From the NCBI RefSeq assembly GCF_021869535.1, contig NW_026262690.1, positions 91,016,001-91,080,000 of the forward strand: a stretch of 64,000 nt of DNA, written 5' to 3'. This stretch comes from Mytilus californianus. Taxonomy: Eukaryota. The position numbers and the translations under genes were made by a program. The notes under the pieces were generated by a model. The model had not been told where the DNA came from, ran no database searches, and saw only the letters and a list, made by a program, of their open reading frames with translations. Positions 1 through 12,600 of this stretch are shown here, piece after piece. The stretch's first letter is position 1; the number at the start of each line of letters is the position of its first letter.

Positions 1-229
1 TATACATGCATACATACATGTACTCTGACATTGTAGTTCATTAAAGGAGAGACAGGAAAATTGTTTTTTGTACTCAAAAGATAATTTTTATATTTAAGAG
101 TATCCTTGTGACTGATTGAAAGCTTTCTGTACATGAATCTCAACATCTATGGATTTCATTGAAACTTCACAAAAAGGTACATTACATTTTGCATAGTTTC
201 TTCCGTTACCTATTTTAACAACGGACTCT

Positions 230-615
230 GACTTCTTTTAAACTGAGCTTTACTGTGCTTTTTTTGTGTGCTTGTTTATTCCACATTGGCTAGTGGTATA
301 GGGGGAGGGTTGACATCTCACAAAATATGTTTAACCCCGCCACATGCTTGCACCTGTCCCAAGTCAGGAACTTCTAGCCTTTGTTAGTCTTGTGTGTTTT
401 TAAATTTTGGTTCATTTCTATCTTTCAGAGTTAAGTGTAGTTTGAGCTGGTATACATTTTTGTTTATGGGCCAGCTGAAGCACGTCTCCGGGTGCTGGAT
501 TTTCTCACGGCGTTGAAGACCCAAAGGTGGCCTTGGGCAGTTTTCTGCTATTTGGTAGTGTTATTGTCTCTTTGACCATGTGTTGACACATTCCCTGTTT
601 CCATTCTCTATTCTA
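230..615 (+). repeat. Copy of an abundant interspersed repeat family
   Basis: Shares core ttattcca..ttggctag..ggggagggttga.atctca...tgcacctgtcccaag.caggaac.tctagcctttgt with 7795-8115; related to 9935-10100 and 20795-21300 (inverted). Boundaries approximate. Confidence 0.7.
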
Positions 616-1780
616 TGCAGTACACGTACATAAAATGAAGATATGAAGAAAGTATGACTGTTGACATGGCTGCCATGTTGTAAAGCATTGTAGCAGTTCC
701 CAAAAATTTGTTAATCTGACCAAAAAGGTTCATGAAATTAATATAAGGGCTTCTTCCTCTTTGGAAGGTACAGTATAGTTTGGGAGTATTTTGCCATGTC
801 CATTTGTTGGAGGGGGTACAGAGCTTTTAAAGCCCTTTTTCTGAAATAATTAGCTTCAGTACATGTAGATTCCATCATTTGTCGGGTTGTTTCTGGCATT
901 GTTTTGGACTATCTCAAAGACAGATTTTAAAATACTGGGGTCATTTGGGGTGAGGGAGGGGAAGAACGTGTCAAAGGATATAGTGACATGAAAATATTGT
1001 GGCCAGAAAATGCACTAATTGGAAGATCGTGTATTGCTAGAGTCATGATATATATTTTCATGAGACCATCCAGTGTCAAAAGCAACACCTACAAATAACA
1101 TAATTTGTTTTCATCACAAAAAACTTTTTTCTTTACTATTTAACAGCAACATTATGTCAAAGAATTGGTATGAGAATAATAAAACAAATATTGTTATGTT
1201 TATGGGTTGTAAACTTCCCCCTTAACTATTTTCAGTTATATTTAGCCTAAGGTTGTCCTTAGAAGTTTCGCTGGGATTGTTTACTCGTGCTATAGACTTG
1301 ATGTCCAGACTTGGATATTTAAATCTCGTCTGGACAATATTTCTTTACATTCAGGAAAACTTCCATACTGGCAAGTTGAACTTTAAAATTAATTTTATTC
1401 AGTTTCAGTGTTTGACTTCAATGTTCAATATTTATTTCTTTACAAACTTATATTTTTTGGGTTTTATAGTCTACATTTCTGTTAGAAAAGAATAGAAAAA
1501 ATTGTACACTCTTTGAATACTAGTTTTTTTATGAACAACAGGTTTATAAAGAGACGGGATACATTTTGATAGAGATATTCAAGAAGATGGTTAATCGGAG
1601 AAGGATATTTTAGAGTTATGGTTGTCAATCTTCTGAATTGTTCGAGCCGTACTATGGAACTAAATTGTGTATTATCGCATGGTTTTTAAGTTCTTAAACC
1701 CGTCAATGCTATAGAATGATCAGTTTCAGACTGTGTTCTGGTTAGGCCAGGATTTAATTGGAATTAATTTAATACCATGT

Positions 1781-2535
1781 TTTTAATGGCCCCACCACAA
1801 TTTGGTCGGGGCCATATAGTGTTACCCTTATCTGTCATTCTGCAACGAATAGTTATACAGATATTTTTTCTAAATGCCTTCACATATTGAGCTGATTTTT
1901 AGAATGTGTGTCTACTATGATGGTGTACATATCAAGTTAACGTTTGGTTCCTCTCTACTGATTTTTGCAGAAATTACAAGCTTTGGACTTTGAAAATTTC
2001 ATGAAAATAACAGTTATACTGACTTTTTTTCTAACCGCCTTCACATATTAAGCCGATTTTCAGTACATGAGTTAACTATGATGAATTACTAATTGAGATT
2101 ACATTTGGTTCCGCTCCTTTAATTTTTGCAGAACTTACAGGCTTTGGACTTCATGAAAATATCAGTTATATGAATGTTGAGTCTACTATGATAAGTTACA
2201 GATCAAGTTTAGGTTAGGTTCTGTTCCGCTGATTTGTGCCGAAATTACGACTTTGGACTTTGAAAATTTCGTGAAACAGTTATACTGACTTTTTTTCATA
2301 AGCCTACACATAATGAGCTGATTTTAAGTAAGTGAGTCTACTATGATGAAATATAGATCTACTTAAAGTTTGGTTCCGCTCCTCTGTTTTTTGCCGAAAT
2401 TACAGGCTATAGGCTTTGAAAATTTTGTGAAGATAAGTTATACAGACTTTCATTCTAAATTTTGCACTGCTAAAAATGGCTTCAATCTTTTTTATCGAGC
2501 ATGACCCTTTGTGTCGTTCCGACTCATCTAGTTTT
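1781..2535 (+). mobile_element. HINE-like (Helentron-derived non-autonomous) element with internal tandem repeats
   Basis: Starts in a T-run with the hairpin atggcccc...ggggccat; about 4 degenerate units containing ttggactttgaaaatttc; ends in ctagttttt. Confidence 0.6.
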
Positions 2536-2703
2536 TCTTCTGGACAGACTCTGGTCCCTGGTGCATGCAATTACGAGGTTCATGTTTTAGTCTCTCAAAG
2601 GACAGTGTTAACCAGTTGATGTATTTTTGTTATATCTCGGAATGTGTGACGTCATGAACTTGATTGATTGATGTTAGTTTTTTCTAAGAACAACTAGTGT
2701 ACA

Positions 2704-3279
2704 TAGTGTTTCCTGCAGCTTTTGAAAAGGGCAGAGTATTTTTGTTCTCAGAGGGCACTGTTAGGGCGATTGACTACACTTTAAGGGCATCATTTGCACG
2801 GAGGACTATACTTTTAGGGCACTCTTTACATAGATATAAAGGCACTGTTATTGATAAGGATTTAATAGAATATACCATTGTTTCATATGTATTGCCTGGC
2901 AGTGGTAATGTTCATCCCAGGCATCGTAAAATTTTAACTCAAACCATCACCTGGTTCCCTTTTAGATTGTCTACATTTTAAATTTGTAGAGGTACAAAGT
3001 TCCTATAAGATTCAATCATGAACTCACTGCCACTATTTTGTACTCTGTCGCTTCAAAACTGTTCAAACATAATTACGAAATTCAATAAAATTTCGGCCAT
3101 TAAAATTTTTAGTTCGTTCCAAGAGAAATAACTCACAATGGTTTTGCTAAAAGATGAATGGCAGAACCAAATTACGGCGGGCGTTCTAAAATACGATGGA
3201 AAAGGGGCATGGCGCCAAATTTTATTCCTAAAAAGGGCAGGGCGCCATACCACGCCAAAACCTCCTATAGGAAACAATA
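2704..3279. mobile_element. Non-autonomous TIR DNA transposon with 5-bp TSD (hAT5-like)
   Basis: Termini TAGTGTTTCCT ... AGGAAACAATA; flanking direct repeat GTACA at 2699-2703 and 3280-3284; subterminal AAAGGGCA motifs. Confidence 0.75.
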
Positions 3280-4236
3280 GTACAATTCTTGATATTTCAG
3301 TAACTGGTCACATCTAAATTTCTAGTGTCTGAATTTAGAATTAAAAAAAAACTTACAGCACTAATACCATGAATACCAAACACTTTCATTTTTATTTGAT
3401 TTATCATGGGCATTTTTCACTTCAAATGCATTGCACAGTTTTATCCTATAGGGCGAGGTTAGAAAATGTATTGAACGTTCACAGTTTAAAATGTCATATT
3501 GAGATACCACGATATTTGTGTTTTATTGTCTTGGATTAATAGATATGAAACTGTTCTATTGATCTTGGTTATTTATTATATGAGCGAATTCATTGCTTGG
3601 CACAATCATCACCTCTCATCATTTTTAGGTTTCTGACACCTGTCAGTTGTTGTAATGTGTTGGTTCTTAAAATTGTCAGTATGTTGTCTAAAGACCTGGT
3701 GGGAAAGCACAGACCGAACGGTTGAGTTACAAGGGTATTATTCTATGAGACAAAGTACTCTTAGATTAACCATCTTCTTTAATATCGCTATCAAAATCTG
3801 GGAACAGTACATCTAATTGGAAATGAATCTGATAGGCTTTTCAGTATAAAATATATAAAAAATACCGAGATTTATGGATTTTGGAAGCGTCCGACTGAAA
3901 AACTATTGGAACTGCTCAATAAATTAACCACATAATTCCAAACATTCAGCAAATACAATGAAATGATAAGTTTTAACGTAAAGTAGATATATTTTGTCAT
4001 ATAAAATGACCAATATAAGTGTGATTTATTTGATGTGAAGTGCTTTATAATGGTATGTGAAATTGACGGTTACCGAAAATGCCATCGGCACCATTTTTTA
4101 TTACCCTGTTTGCATTATGAACCCTTCTGTTATGAAATGAATGCCATTATGACAAATTTGAAGTTATAGATTACAAGTTTTATACACTGGCATCACTTAT
4201 TACTTAGTTTGAATGACATTTTATTGATATTATCAG

Positions 4237-5756
4237 TAGTGTTTCCCCTATCAAACAAAAAGGGCATGGTAACTTAATTGAAAAAGGGCATCTAGAGCGC
4301 GCAAAAATTTATAAAAAGGGCACCTATAGTGTATGGAAAATTAACAAAAGGGCACCTACAGTATGCTGAAAACAAGAAAGACAATAAATTGTCATATTGC
4401 ATAGGTAAAGTATGTACTGGCAGTTGTTGATGGAATCAGAAATCAAGATAGCAAGTGTATTGTTTCAAAATAATATTGTATATGCATCTTTAAATAAAGA
4501 TAAAAATTAACATTATTTCGGGTAAGAGCAAGGGACCAAGGATGTATGTATATTACTAGCTATACATCTTTGTCAGACTTTGAAGGACTAAGGCATACAT
4601 TTACTAGGCAGTAATTACATGATTTGACTGATGTGGCACTTAAATATGAAGATTAGGATATAAGATCTGAAAATCTAGTTCAAAATTTCAATTCAATTAG
4701 TTTCAGGGGACAGTCCTCATCAACAAAAGTTGGGCCCTTTATTTAAACCAGGATTCACAATTTAAATGAACTTGTAGAATTTTGTAAGACTATTACAAGA
4801 CATAATCAATATCCTTATAATAAGTTTAGATCGATATTAAGAATTCATTTCTATAAAGTTGGAACCAAGTAATTGTACAAATTCTTATTGGAACGATTCT
4901 AATAACTGTAAATTGTAAATTAATCGAGAATTGATCATGTTTATTTTCGATTTACAAATGAAATGTAAACGGGAAGTGACGGATTCATCTACGGATTGGT
5001 TTGTTTTAAAAAAAAGGCAGTAAATTATCATTTTTTGAATTTGATTTGCTTAGTAAGAACTATATTTGTCTCTCTCATTTATTTTAACCTAAATTTGTTT
5101 CGTAATTTACGTTTTAGTGTCTATAAATTCATAGGAATACTTTCACGCATGCGCAGTATATTGTAAACAATAAAGGAAGCACCTGTTTGACTCTTGAAAA
5201 CTTTTCTGAACGTTTTGAATAAAGTTCTATCTTTTTAATTGAAATTGAGTGTTTTATACAAAAGATCAAGAAAATATGATCATTTGACGAAACTATGACA
5301 AACAAACTGCAAATTGTGATCGTTTTAGAAATATTGAAATTAAAAAGCGAGCTGTCCGGGGGAAAACAATTTTGATCAAATGACGAAACTGCGACAAACG
5401 AACTGCAAATTGTGGTCGTTGGCCTTGAGAAATATTGAAATTAAAATGCCGACTGACTGATTTTACAGGGGAAAATTATTATGGTGGTCATATATGAGGT
5501 TTATTAATAATTAACGGATTAGTGACCACTCCGATGGCGATAAGCGAATTAACTGTAATCACAACTTTATAACACCTGTTGTAAATGTTAATTAGCTGAG
5601 GGTCATAAACTTGTCAGAAACATGAAGACAGGAAGAAAGGGCATTTTTGAGACAATGGCGTCATCCAAAGAAGTGAAAAAAGGGCATGGCGTCATTTAGT
5701 AAGACAAAAGAAGGGCATGGCGTCATTTTAAAAGGGCATGCTTGGGGGAAACACTA
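4237..5756. mobile_element. Non-autonomous TIR DNA transposon with 5-bp TSD (hAT5-like)
   Basis: Perfect TIR TAGTGTTTCCCC/GGGGAAACACTA; TSD ATCAG at 4232-4236 and 5757-5761; clusters of AAAGGGCA at both ends. Confidence 0.8.
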
Positions 5757-5991
5757 ATCAGAAATTATTAAGATAATAGCGGGTATGTATTGTACACGTC
5801 CGTTTCCGTATCGTGTCATTTATTAACTATGACCAGACAATAAATTGGCTTTAATGAGGTAGTGTCAAGTCCCTTTGATATATATATCCCATCTCTTTAT
5901 TAAATAAAATAACTAGTTATTCAACGAGTATTCAAAACATACATAAACCCGTTTACATTGCAATATTCTTTGTCAAATTACTTAAATTAAC

Positions 5992-6107
5992 CTCTGATAT
6001 CCATCAATTGCTTCCAGTGGTTGACCCCACAAGTCTACATCGGTGCACCTTTCAAACGCTTTATGCCATGCAGCTATCAATTTATCTTCATCGTCAAGAA
6101 AAGACAT
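5992..6107 (-). CDS. AIDA: Axin interactor, dorsalization-associated protein homolog, first coding exon (gene continues off the left edge)
   Basis: Minus-strand ATG at 6107 reads MSFLDDEDKLIAAWHKAFERCTDVDLWGQPLEAIDGYQ+AG, then a GT donor (phase 2). It resembles the vertebrate AIDA N-terminus as I recall it (WGASFRRGADFDSWGQLVEAIDEYQ). No downstream exon was recognised in 1-5991. Confidence 0.8.
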
Positions 6108-6594
6108 TACAGAAAAACACTCATAATAAGTAAATATAGTGACAGAATATGTATCACTGTCTTTTCTTTGTATACAAATTCATTAATTTCATGAGGAAAT
6201 GAGCGTGGGAATTTTTGTTTATTTTCTGCTCTGTGTCTAATTGACGCTTTCTGGTCAAAATCTTTTGGAGGCTTGTAAATATTCTTTGATGCGCATGCGT
6301 AAATATCTCTAAACAATTAACTTCCTGTTATCATTTTTTGCGGAAGCACACACCAACACAACTTAATTTTTGTTTATATGTGTACACTTAACATTACAAT
6401 GTCTTGAAGACGTTCAATCCCTTAACAATGTATACAAATACAGTTAAATAGAACACTTTTTATCAATACAAATATGTAGATTTATCAAAAGTTTGAAGGT
6501 CATGGCTGAACTTCTTACTACGATACGTCCATCGATTACAAATTCAATCATGGCATTACAATTTGTAACATAAAACGGTTAAGGAATTATAGCG
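6108..6594. promoter_or_regulatory. Putative bidirectional promoter between AIDA and SOS
   Basis: 487 bp between divergent ATGs. NRF1-type TGCGCATGCG at 6290-6299; ETS-type ACTTCCTG at 6320-6327 and GCGGAAG at 6340-6346. TSS not determinable. Confidence 0.6.
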
Positions 6595-6696
6595 ATGTTT
6601 GGTACACCATCATTACAAGAAAATCTCAGTTATAATTTTATGTCGGATGACAATGCTTCAAAATGGAAAGGTCAATTTCTGCATGCATTACAAGAG
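6595..6696 (+). CDS. SOS: SOS coding exon 1
   Basis: [34 protein letters not shown], donor GTGAGT; resembles SOS1 YEFFSEENAPKWRG. Confidence 0.88.
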
Positions 6697-9600
6697 GTGA
6701 GTAGACCCTTATTGTTTGGTGATCTAAATTTGTGTAGTAAAGATATGTTGACATTATTTGTTCTCAAAGCTGAATGTCAAGTGTTTATTCTTATCCCCAC
6801 AATCATTTCTTTTGATTATCAGTAAAGTAATCAGTAATTGGAAGGATATATAAAGCTAATGTTTCTTATTACATTTTTTACACTTGTTGAATTAATCACC
6901 TTTTTAAATCTTATTGATTTAACACCTTTCGTGATAACCTTATGATTAAGTGGTTATGTTTTATCACCTTTCCTATTGCCAATCAATACAACCCATAAAA
7001 ATTATATCAAATATTGTTGATTTACAAAGCATAAAACATTTATCTTAAAATCGTGTATTATTTGAAATTTTGAACAATCATTACTGCATTTATATATATT
7101 TGTAATCACTTAAGTGCATTATTACACCATCATGATGTTTTTAATTTATTACTGTCATGACATGGTAAGGTGTATTGATATCTCCTGGATGCATGATTTT
7201 ATTTTTCTGTGCCATTTTTATGAACTGGTGCATACACAAGACATGTCACTGTAACACTAGGTAAGTCCTGTTACATGTATCATCAAGATTATCCTTCAGC
7301 TGTCAATAATTATCAAACATGACTGCTTAAAGGTAAATCCTGAGAGAGCCAAAATTAATAGATTTAATCACATAATTGATAGTATTTCATACAGGAGGGT
7401 TTGTCACCCTGCCACTTTTCTGTTGACATTGACACTTTGCTATAGGCCTTTTCCTTTGTATTTTATCCATCTCATTTAGCATCTTCTCTTGGAGCCTCCT
7501 GCAGACGGGTCACCTATGAAGAGATATTGACCCCTCCGCATCTGGATCTAGGAGGTCCTTGGATATAGGAATTTAAAACTTAAACTCTTCCAACACTGCA
7601 TTTCATCTTTAAATAAGATCATTTTGATTATTTCCCTTTAAACGAATGAAAAATATTTATGGCCGACTTTTTTTTTGAAATTTCATATTAATGTTTGAAA
7701 ATATATTATTTGACTGAATACAAATACGGTTTATAACTAATCCAATAAGGATTAAAGCAATTTACTTGTGTGTATTGCTGTGTAATTGTTTATAATTTAT
7801 TCCAAATTGGCTAGAGGGGAGGGTTGAGATCTCACTAAACATATTTAACCCGCTGCATTTTTGCACCTGTCCCAAGCCAGGAACCTCTAGCCTTTGTAAG
7901 TTTTTTTTTTCTTTTTTAAATTTTGCCTCATTTATATGTTTCAGAGTTAAGTGAGGCATCCATATTGCTGAACTAGTATTATACATTATTGTTTAGGGGC
8001 CAGCTTTAGCCCCCAGGATTTTCTCGCTCGTTGAAGACCCATTGGTGGCCATTGGCTGTTTTCTGCTCTTTTATTGGGTTGTTGACACATTTCTGTTTCC
8101 GTTCTCAATTCTCTTTGTACCTCTGTGAATTTCTAAATGTAGATAATTTAAAGGGGAACCTAGCAATTCTTTGAGTTATAGTTTTATGATACATGTACAA
8201 TGTACTGAACATTAAGTAAACTATCAGCTGTTTGTTTAAATGTATATTTTAACAATTGGTTGTATTGAGTGTTAATTTACATTGTCTTTCTTACTGTCAT
8301 GACTGTTGTTACAATGTATCTAAAAAAATTAAGTTAAGAGAATAGCTGATATTGATTTGATTGCATCTACAGTGCATAATATTTCCCTTTAAATCAAAAG
8401 CTCATAACACAAAAGCTGGAAGTGATATTGATGGTATTCTAATATTGATGCTATTCAATATAGCGTGAGAACTATTTTTAAATCTTAGGTGTTGTCCATT
8501 GCTTTATTGAAAGAAAAACAATTCATCAGTAGCTTGCGGGGGACATAGAAACACTGGTCGTCTGTCTGTCCGGTCTTGTAAGTGCTCTCACACTCACAGG
8601 TATAATTCTTGCCAGATTTTTATATTACTTATACTATAGGTTAATATCAGCAATATCTCGAACAAGTTCTATAATGGTGGACAATCGACTTTTTATACGA
8701 CCGCAAAAAAATTTTGTGGTCGTATATTGGTACATTTGTATATTGGTATCACGTCGTCGTCCGTAGGCACTTGGTTTCCGGACAATAACTTTAGTATTAG
8801 TAAATAGAAATCTATGAAATTTAAACACAAGGTTTATAATCACAAAAGGAAGGTTGGGATTGATTTTGGGGGTTATGGTCCTAACAGTTTAGGAATTAGG
8901 GGCCAAAAAAGGGGCCCAAATAAGCATTTTTCTAGTTTTCAGACAATAACTTGTGGAACAGTGTATGGATCTCTCTGAAATTGTACAACAAGTTTCCATA
9001 CCACAAAGGGATGGTTAGGATTGGCTTTGGGGGGTAATGGCTCAAACCGTTTAGGAATTAGGGGCAAAAAAGGGGGAAAAACAAGGGTTTCCTTGTAAAT
9101 GGACAATCACTTTTAAGTACAATGTTAAATTTGGATTACCTCCCTTACACTGCTTTAAAATAATGTATAAAGAAATTTTGTATTGTCTTGAGGTGATTAG
9201 CTGTCAATTTATTTTTAGAAGTTACTAATTAAAATGCTGATTAAAGATATATTAATTATTTTTGGACATGATTATGTATGTCATTTTCTATTTTATTACT
9301 TTTATGATGTATTTAAATGGGTAATTAAGGTTGCAATTTGAATTGGGATAATAACCATATCTTGAGGCAAAGATTTTTTTTTTTTGGAAAAAGGGGAGGG
9401 GGAGGGGAGGTGAAAAAAATTGGGGGGGGGGGACAATTTTTTTTTCTCATTACAGAGAAATTGGGGGGGGGGGGGTCAACTTGCAACAGCATAGTGTATT
9501 AAATTTATGTAAAATGGCCTTGTCACAGGTACAATTCTTGGCAGATTTTTATAAAACTTATACTATAGGTTAATATCAGCAATATCTTGGACAAGTTCTA

Positions 9601-12600
9601 TAATGGTGGATGATCGACTTTTTTAAAAGAGTTATTTCTTCTTCCCTTGGAAATATTAAATTTTTGGAAAATGACCTCGTCATCACTCTAACAGGTACAA
9701 TTCTTGCCAGATTTTTATCAAACTTATAGTATACTGTAAGTAATGCCCTTGAAGGTCTGTTTGAAATGTAATTTATTTTCTTTAACAAGATAATCAAAGA
9801 TCTATTTCAGCAGTCTATGAATTATGTGCAACACGGGGGACATTGGAACTCTGTTCTTTTATTGTCTTAAAAAATGCATGGAAACATGATTTTAACAATT
9901 TGTCCTTCCACTTTCCCAGGTTAGGGGAGGCTTGGGCACCTTCAAACATGTTTAACTTAACCACATTCTGTATGTGTCTGTCCCAAGTCAGAAGTCTGTA
10001 ATTCAGGGGTTGTTGTTTGTTGCTGTACATCAAGTTTGTTTTTCCTATATAATTGTACATTCATCAGGACATTGGTTTTCTCGTTTGTTTTGTTTTTATT
10101 TTCATGATTTTGTCATCTCTTGTTATTTGTGAATGAGATAACTTCAGGAAGAATTATTGTAAATCATAAGGACCTATGTTTCATTTATGAATTGTTATAA
10201 TTTTGTACAATTTTCATCTTGTAATTAATACAAGGACATATATATATAATTTTCAATAGTGAAGGACATCTGCCAAAATGTTGAATGCATTCCATAGGTT
10301 TTTTTTTAATTAACAAATGTCAGAGCTATTTCAATTACATTTTTACTTGCAGACATTTTTAGGAACAATGACAATTAGTAAGCTGATATTTTAGCTAACA
10401 CATGTCTAATGCCATTTTTATACCTCAGTCTCATTGATGCAAACAAGGTTATATAGTGATGCATATGTCCATCCATCACACTTTTGATTTCTGGATGATA
10501 ATTAAGGTACTGCTTGAATTTTGAAATGGTTTTTTGAAATTTGAACATTATGCCATCAACTCTAAAGATATAGGTCAAGTTTGAGTTCTTCAAAATTGGG
10601 ATGAAATACCCCTGCACACATCTTTTTAATTTTTAATGAACTATAAGATACTGATCATTTTCAATTTTGAAGGTTTTGGCATAGATCTACTGTTCAACAG
10701 TGTTAACTGTTATGTTCCATGTGTTCAGTAATTATCCTTAATTTTAATACGACAGCAAAAAAAAATTGGGGTCGTATATTGCTATCACTTCGGTGGCGTC
10801 GTCGTCGGAAGACATTTGGTTTCCCGACAATAACTTTAGTTTAAGTGTATGGATCTCTATGAAATTTAATCAAAAGGTTCAAAACCACAAAAGCAAGGTT
10901 GGGATTGTTATTGGGGATGATGGTCCCAACCGTTTAGGAATTAGGGGCCAAAAAGGGACCCAAAACAAGGATTTTTCTAGTTTCAGGACAATAACTTGTG
11001 TATAAGTATTTTGATTGATCTGAAATTGTACCACAAGGTTCAATACCACAAGTAGAAGCTTAGGATTCATTTTGGGGGTAATTGCCCAAACTGTTCAGGA
11101 ACTAGGGGCCAAAAAGGGTCTAAAACAAGCATTTTTCTAGTTTTCAGACAATTTGTGTTTAAGTGTATTGATGTCTCTTGAATTTTTAAAAAAGAAAATT
11201 TCTTCAAATGTTATTTTTTTTTTGGAAAGGGGGAGGGGGGTGGTAAAAAAAAAATTTGTTGGGGAAGGGGCAAATTTTTTTCCACAAATTTAAGAAATTA
11301 AAAAGAAAATGTCTTCAAATATTTTTTTTGAAAAGTTGGGGGGGTGGAGGGGTAAAACAAAATTTTTGCAGAGGGGGTCAATTTTTTTTATCAAGATTTA
11401 AAAATTTGTCAATTTTCCAAAGAAAATTGGGGGTCACAATTTATTTTGCTAATTCTTTGTATATAGTCTGAAAACAGATTTATAAAGTATTGCGCAACAG
11501 CACATTGTATTGCACAAAATCTTCAATTGAATATAAATTCAAATCATATACATGATATAACCAATTTCAAGTTCTTTGACTACATTTATTCTGTGTCAGA
11601 AACCTATAATGTGTCAAATATTTAATTACAATCCAAATTCAGACCTGTATCAAGCTTGAATATTGTGTCCATTTTTGTCCCAACTGTTCAGGGTTAGACC
11701 TCTGCTGTCGTAGCCAGCTGCGCTCGGCGAAGCAGTTTATTTTGTTTGTAGTCACTAGATCACTTAAATTCTAGTTTATAACTAGTTGATTTCCTTTAAC
11801 ATGTTTACCTATGTCCTGGAAATATACAAAATTAGTGGTACCCCACGAATAATAATGAATCTACAGTAGCTGCAAATGTAATTTAGTAGCATGCCAATTT
11901 ATATAATGGCATGCCACAACAAAACATCATGACAGTTTATGTGGCACCTATCACTATATTAAGTGGCTTATACTACATCTAGTTTGTTATTAAGTACAAA
12001 TTACTGATTTAAATTTATTTCTATTTCAGGTTCAGCTTCAAGTTCATCCATCACTTAGTGCTAAAGATGATGCCTTAGAGTATATAGAAAATTTGATACT
12101 GAATTTATTGTCAAGCTTATGTGCATCGCAGCCTCACACAAAACAGGATGTGGAAGACAGAGTTCACAAAAACTTCCCGGATCCCATTGATAAGTGGGCG
12201 ATAAAGGAAGCACAAAATGCCATAAAGAAAGGAAATAGAAATAGTCCATTGGTGTTGCCTGTTGATAAGATTCATCAGCTTTTAGTGAGGGTACATATTT
12301 CATTATCTTTAGATTGGCAATCAAAATTTTACCCGTGTTCTCCCATGGGCCTTAAAACAGCATCGTACCATGGTGCTATCTGAATAGATTTTATGATAAA
12401 ATTGAATAATACATGAAGATTTGGTGCTATGATTTAAGGAAAATTGAACTTCTTCAAATTCCATGGTGCTATTTAAAAATACTAAGTACAACATTGTATT
12501 GTACTATGCATATCACTCTTGGTGTTGATTTTTCATAATGGATAGTGTTAAAATGTGGACAAATCATTTTAAAATATCTTTTTGTGTGTTCGGCCTGTTA

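Noticed and set aside
745-841. Minus-strand frame after a tttcag acceptor ending ...PKRKKPLY*, reminiscent of AIDA C-terminal KKPLY
   Set aside because: The match is only a few residues, the rest is unlike AIDA, and the intervening exons are missing; it cannot be supported as an exon.
2697-3277. ORFs 2697-2981 (+) and 3053-3277 (-) as a possible transposase
   Set aside because: They are short chance frames inside a 576-bp non-autonomous element with no DDE or zinc-finger motif.
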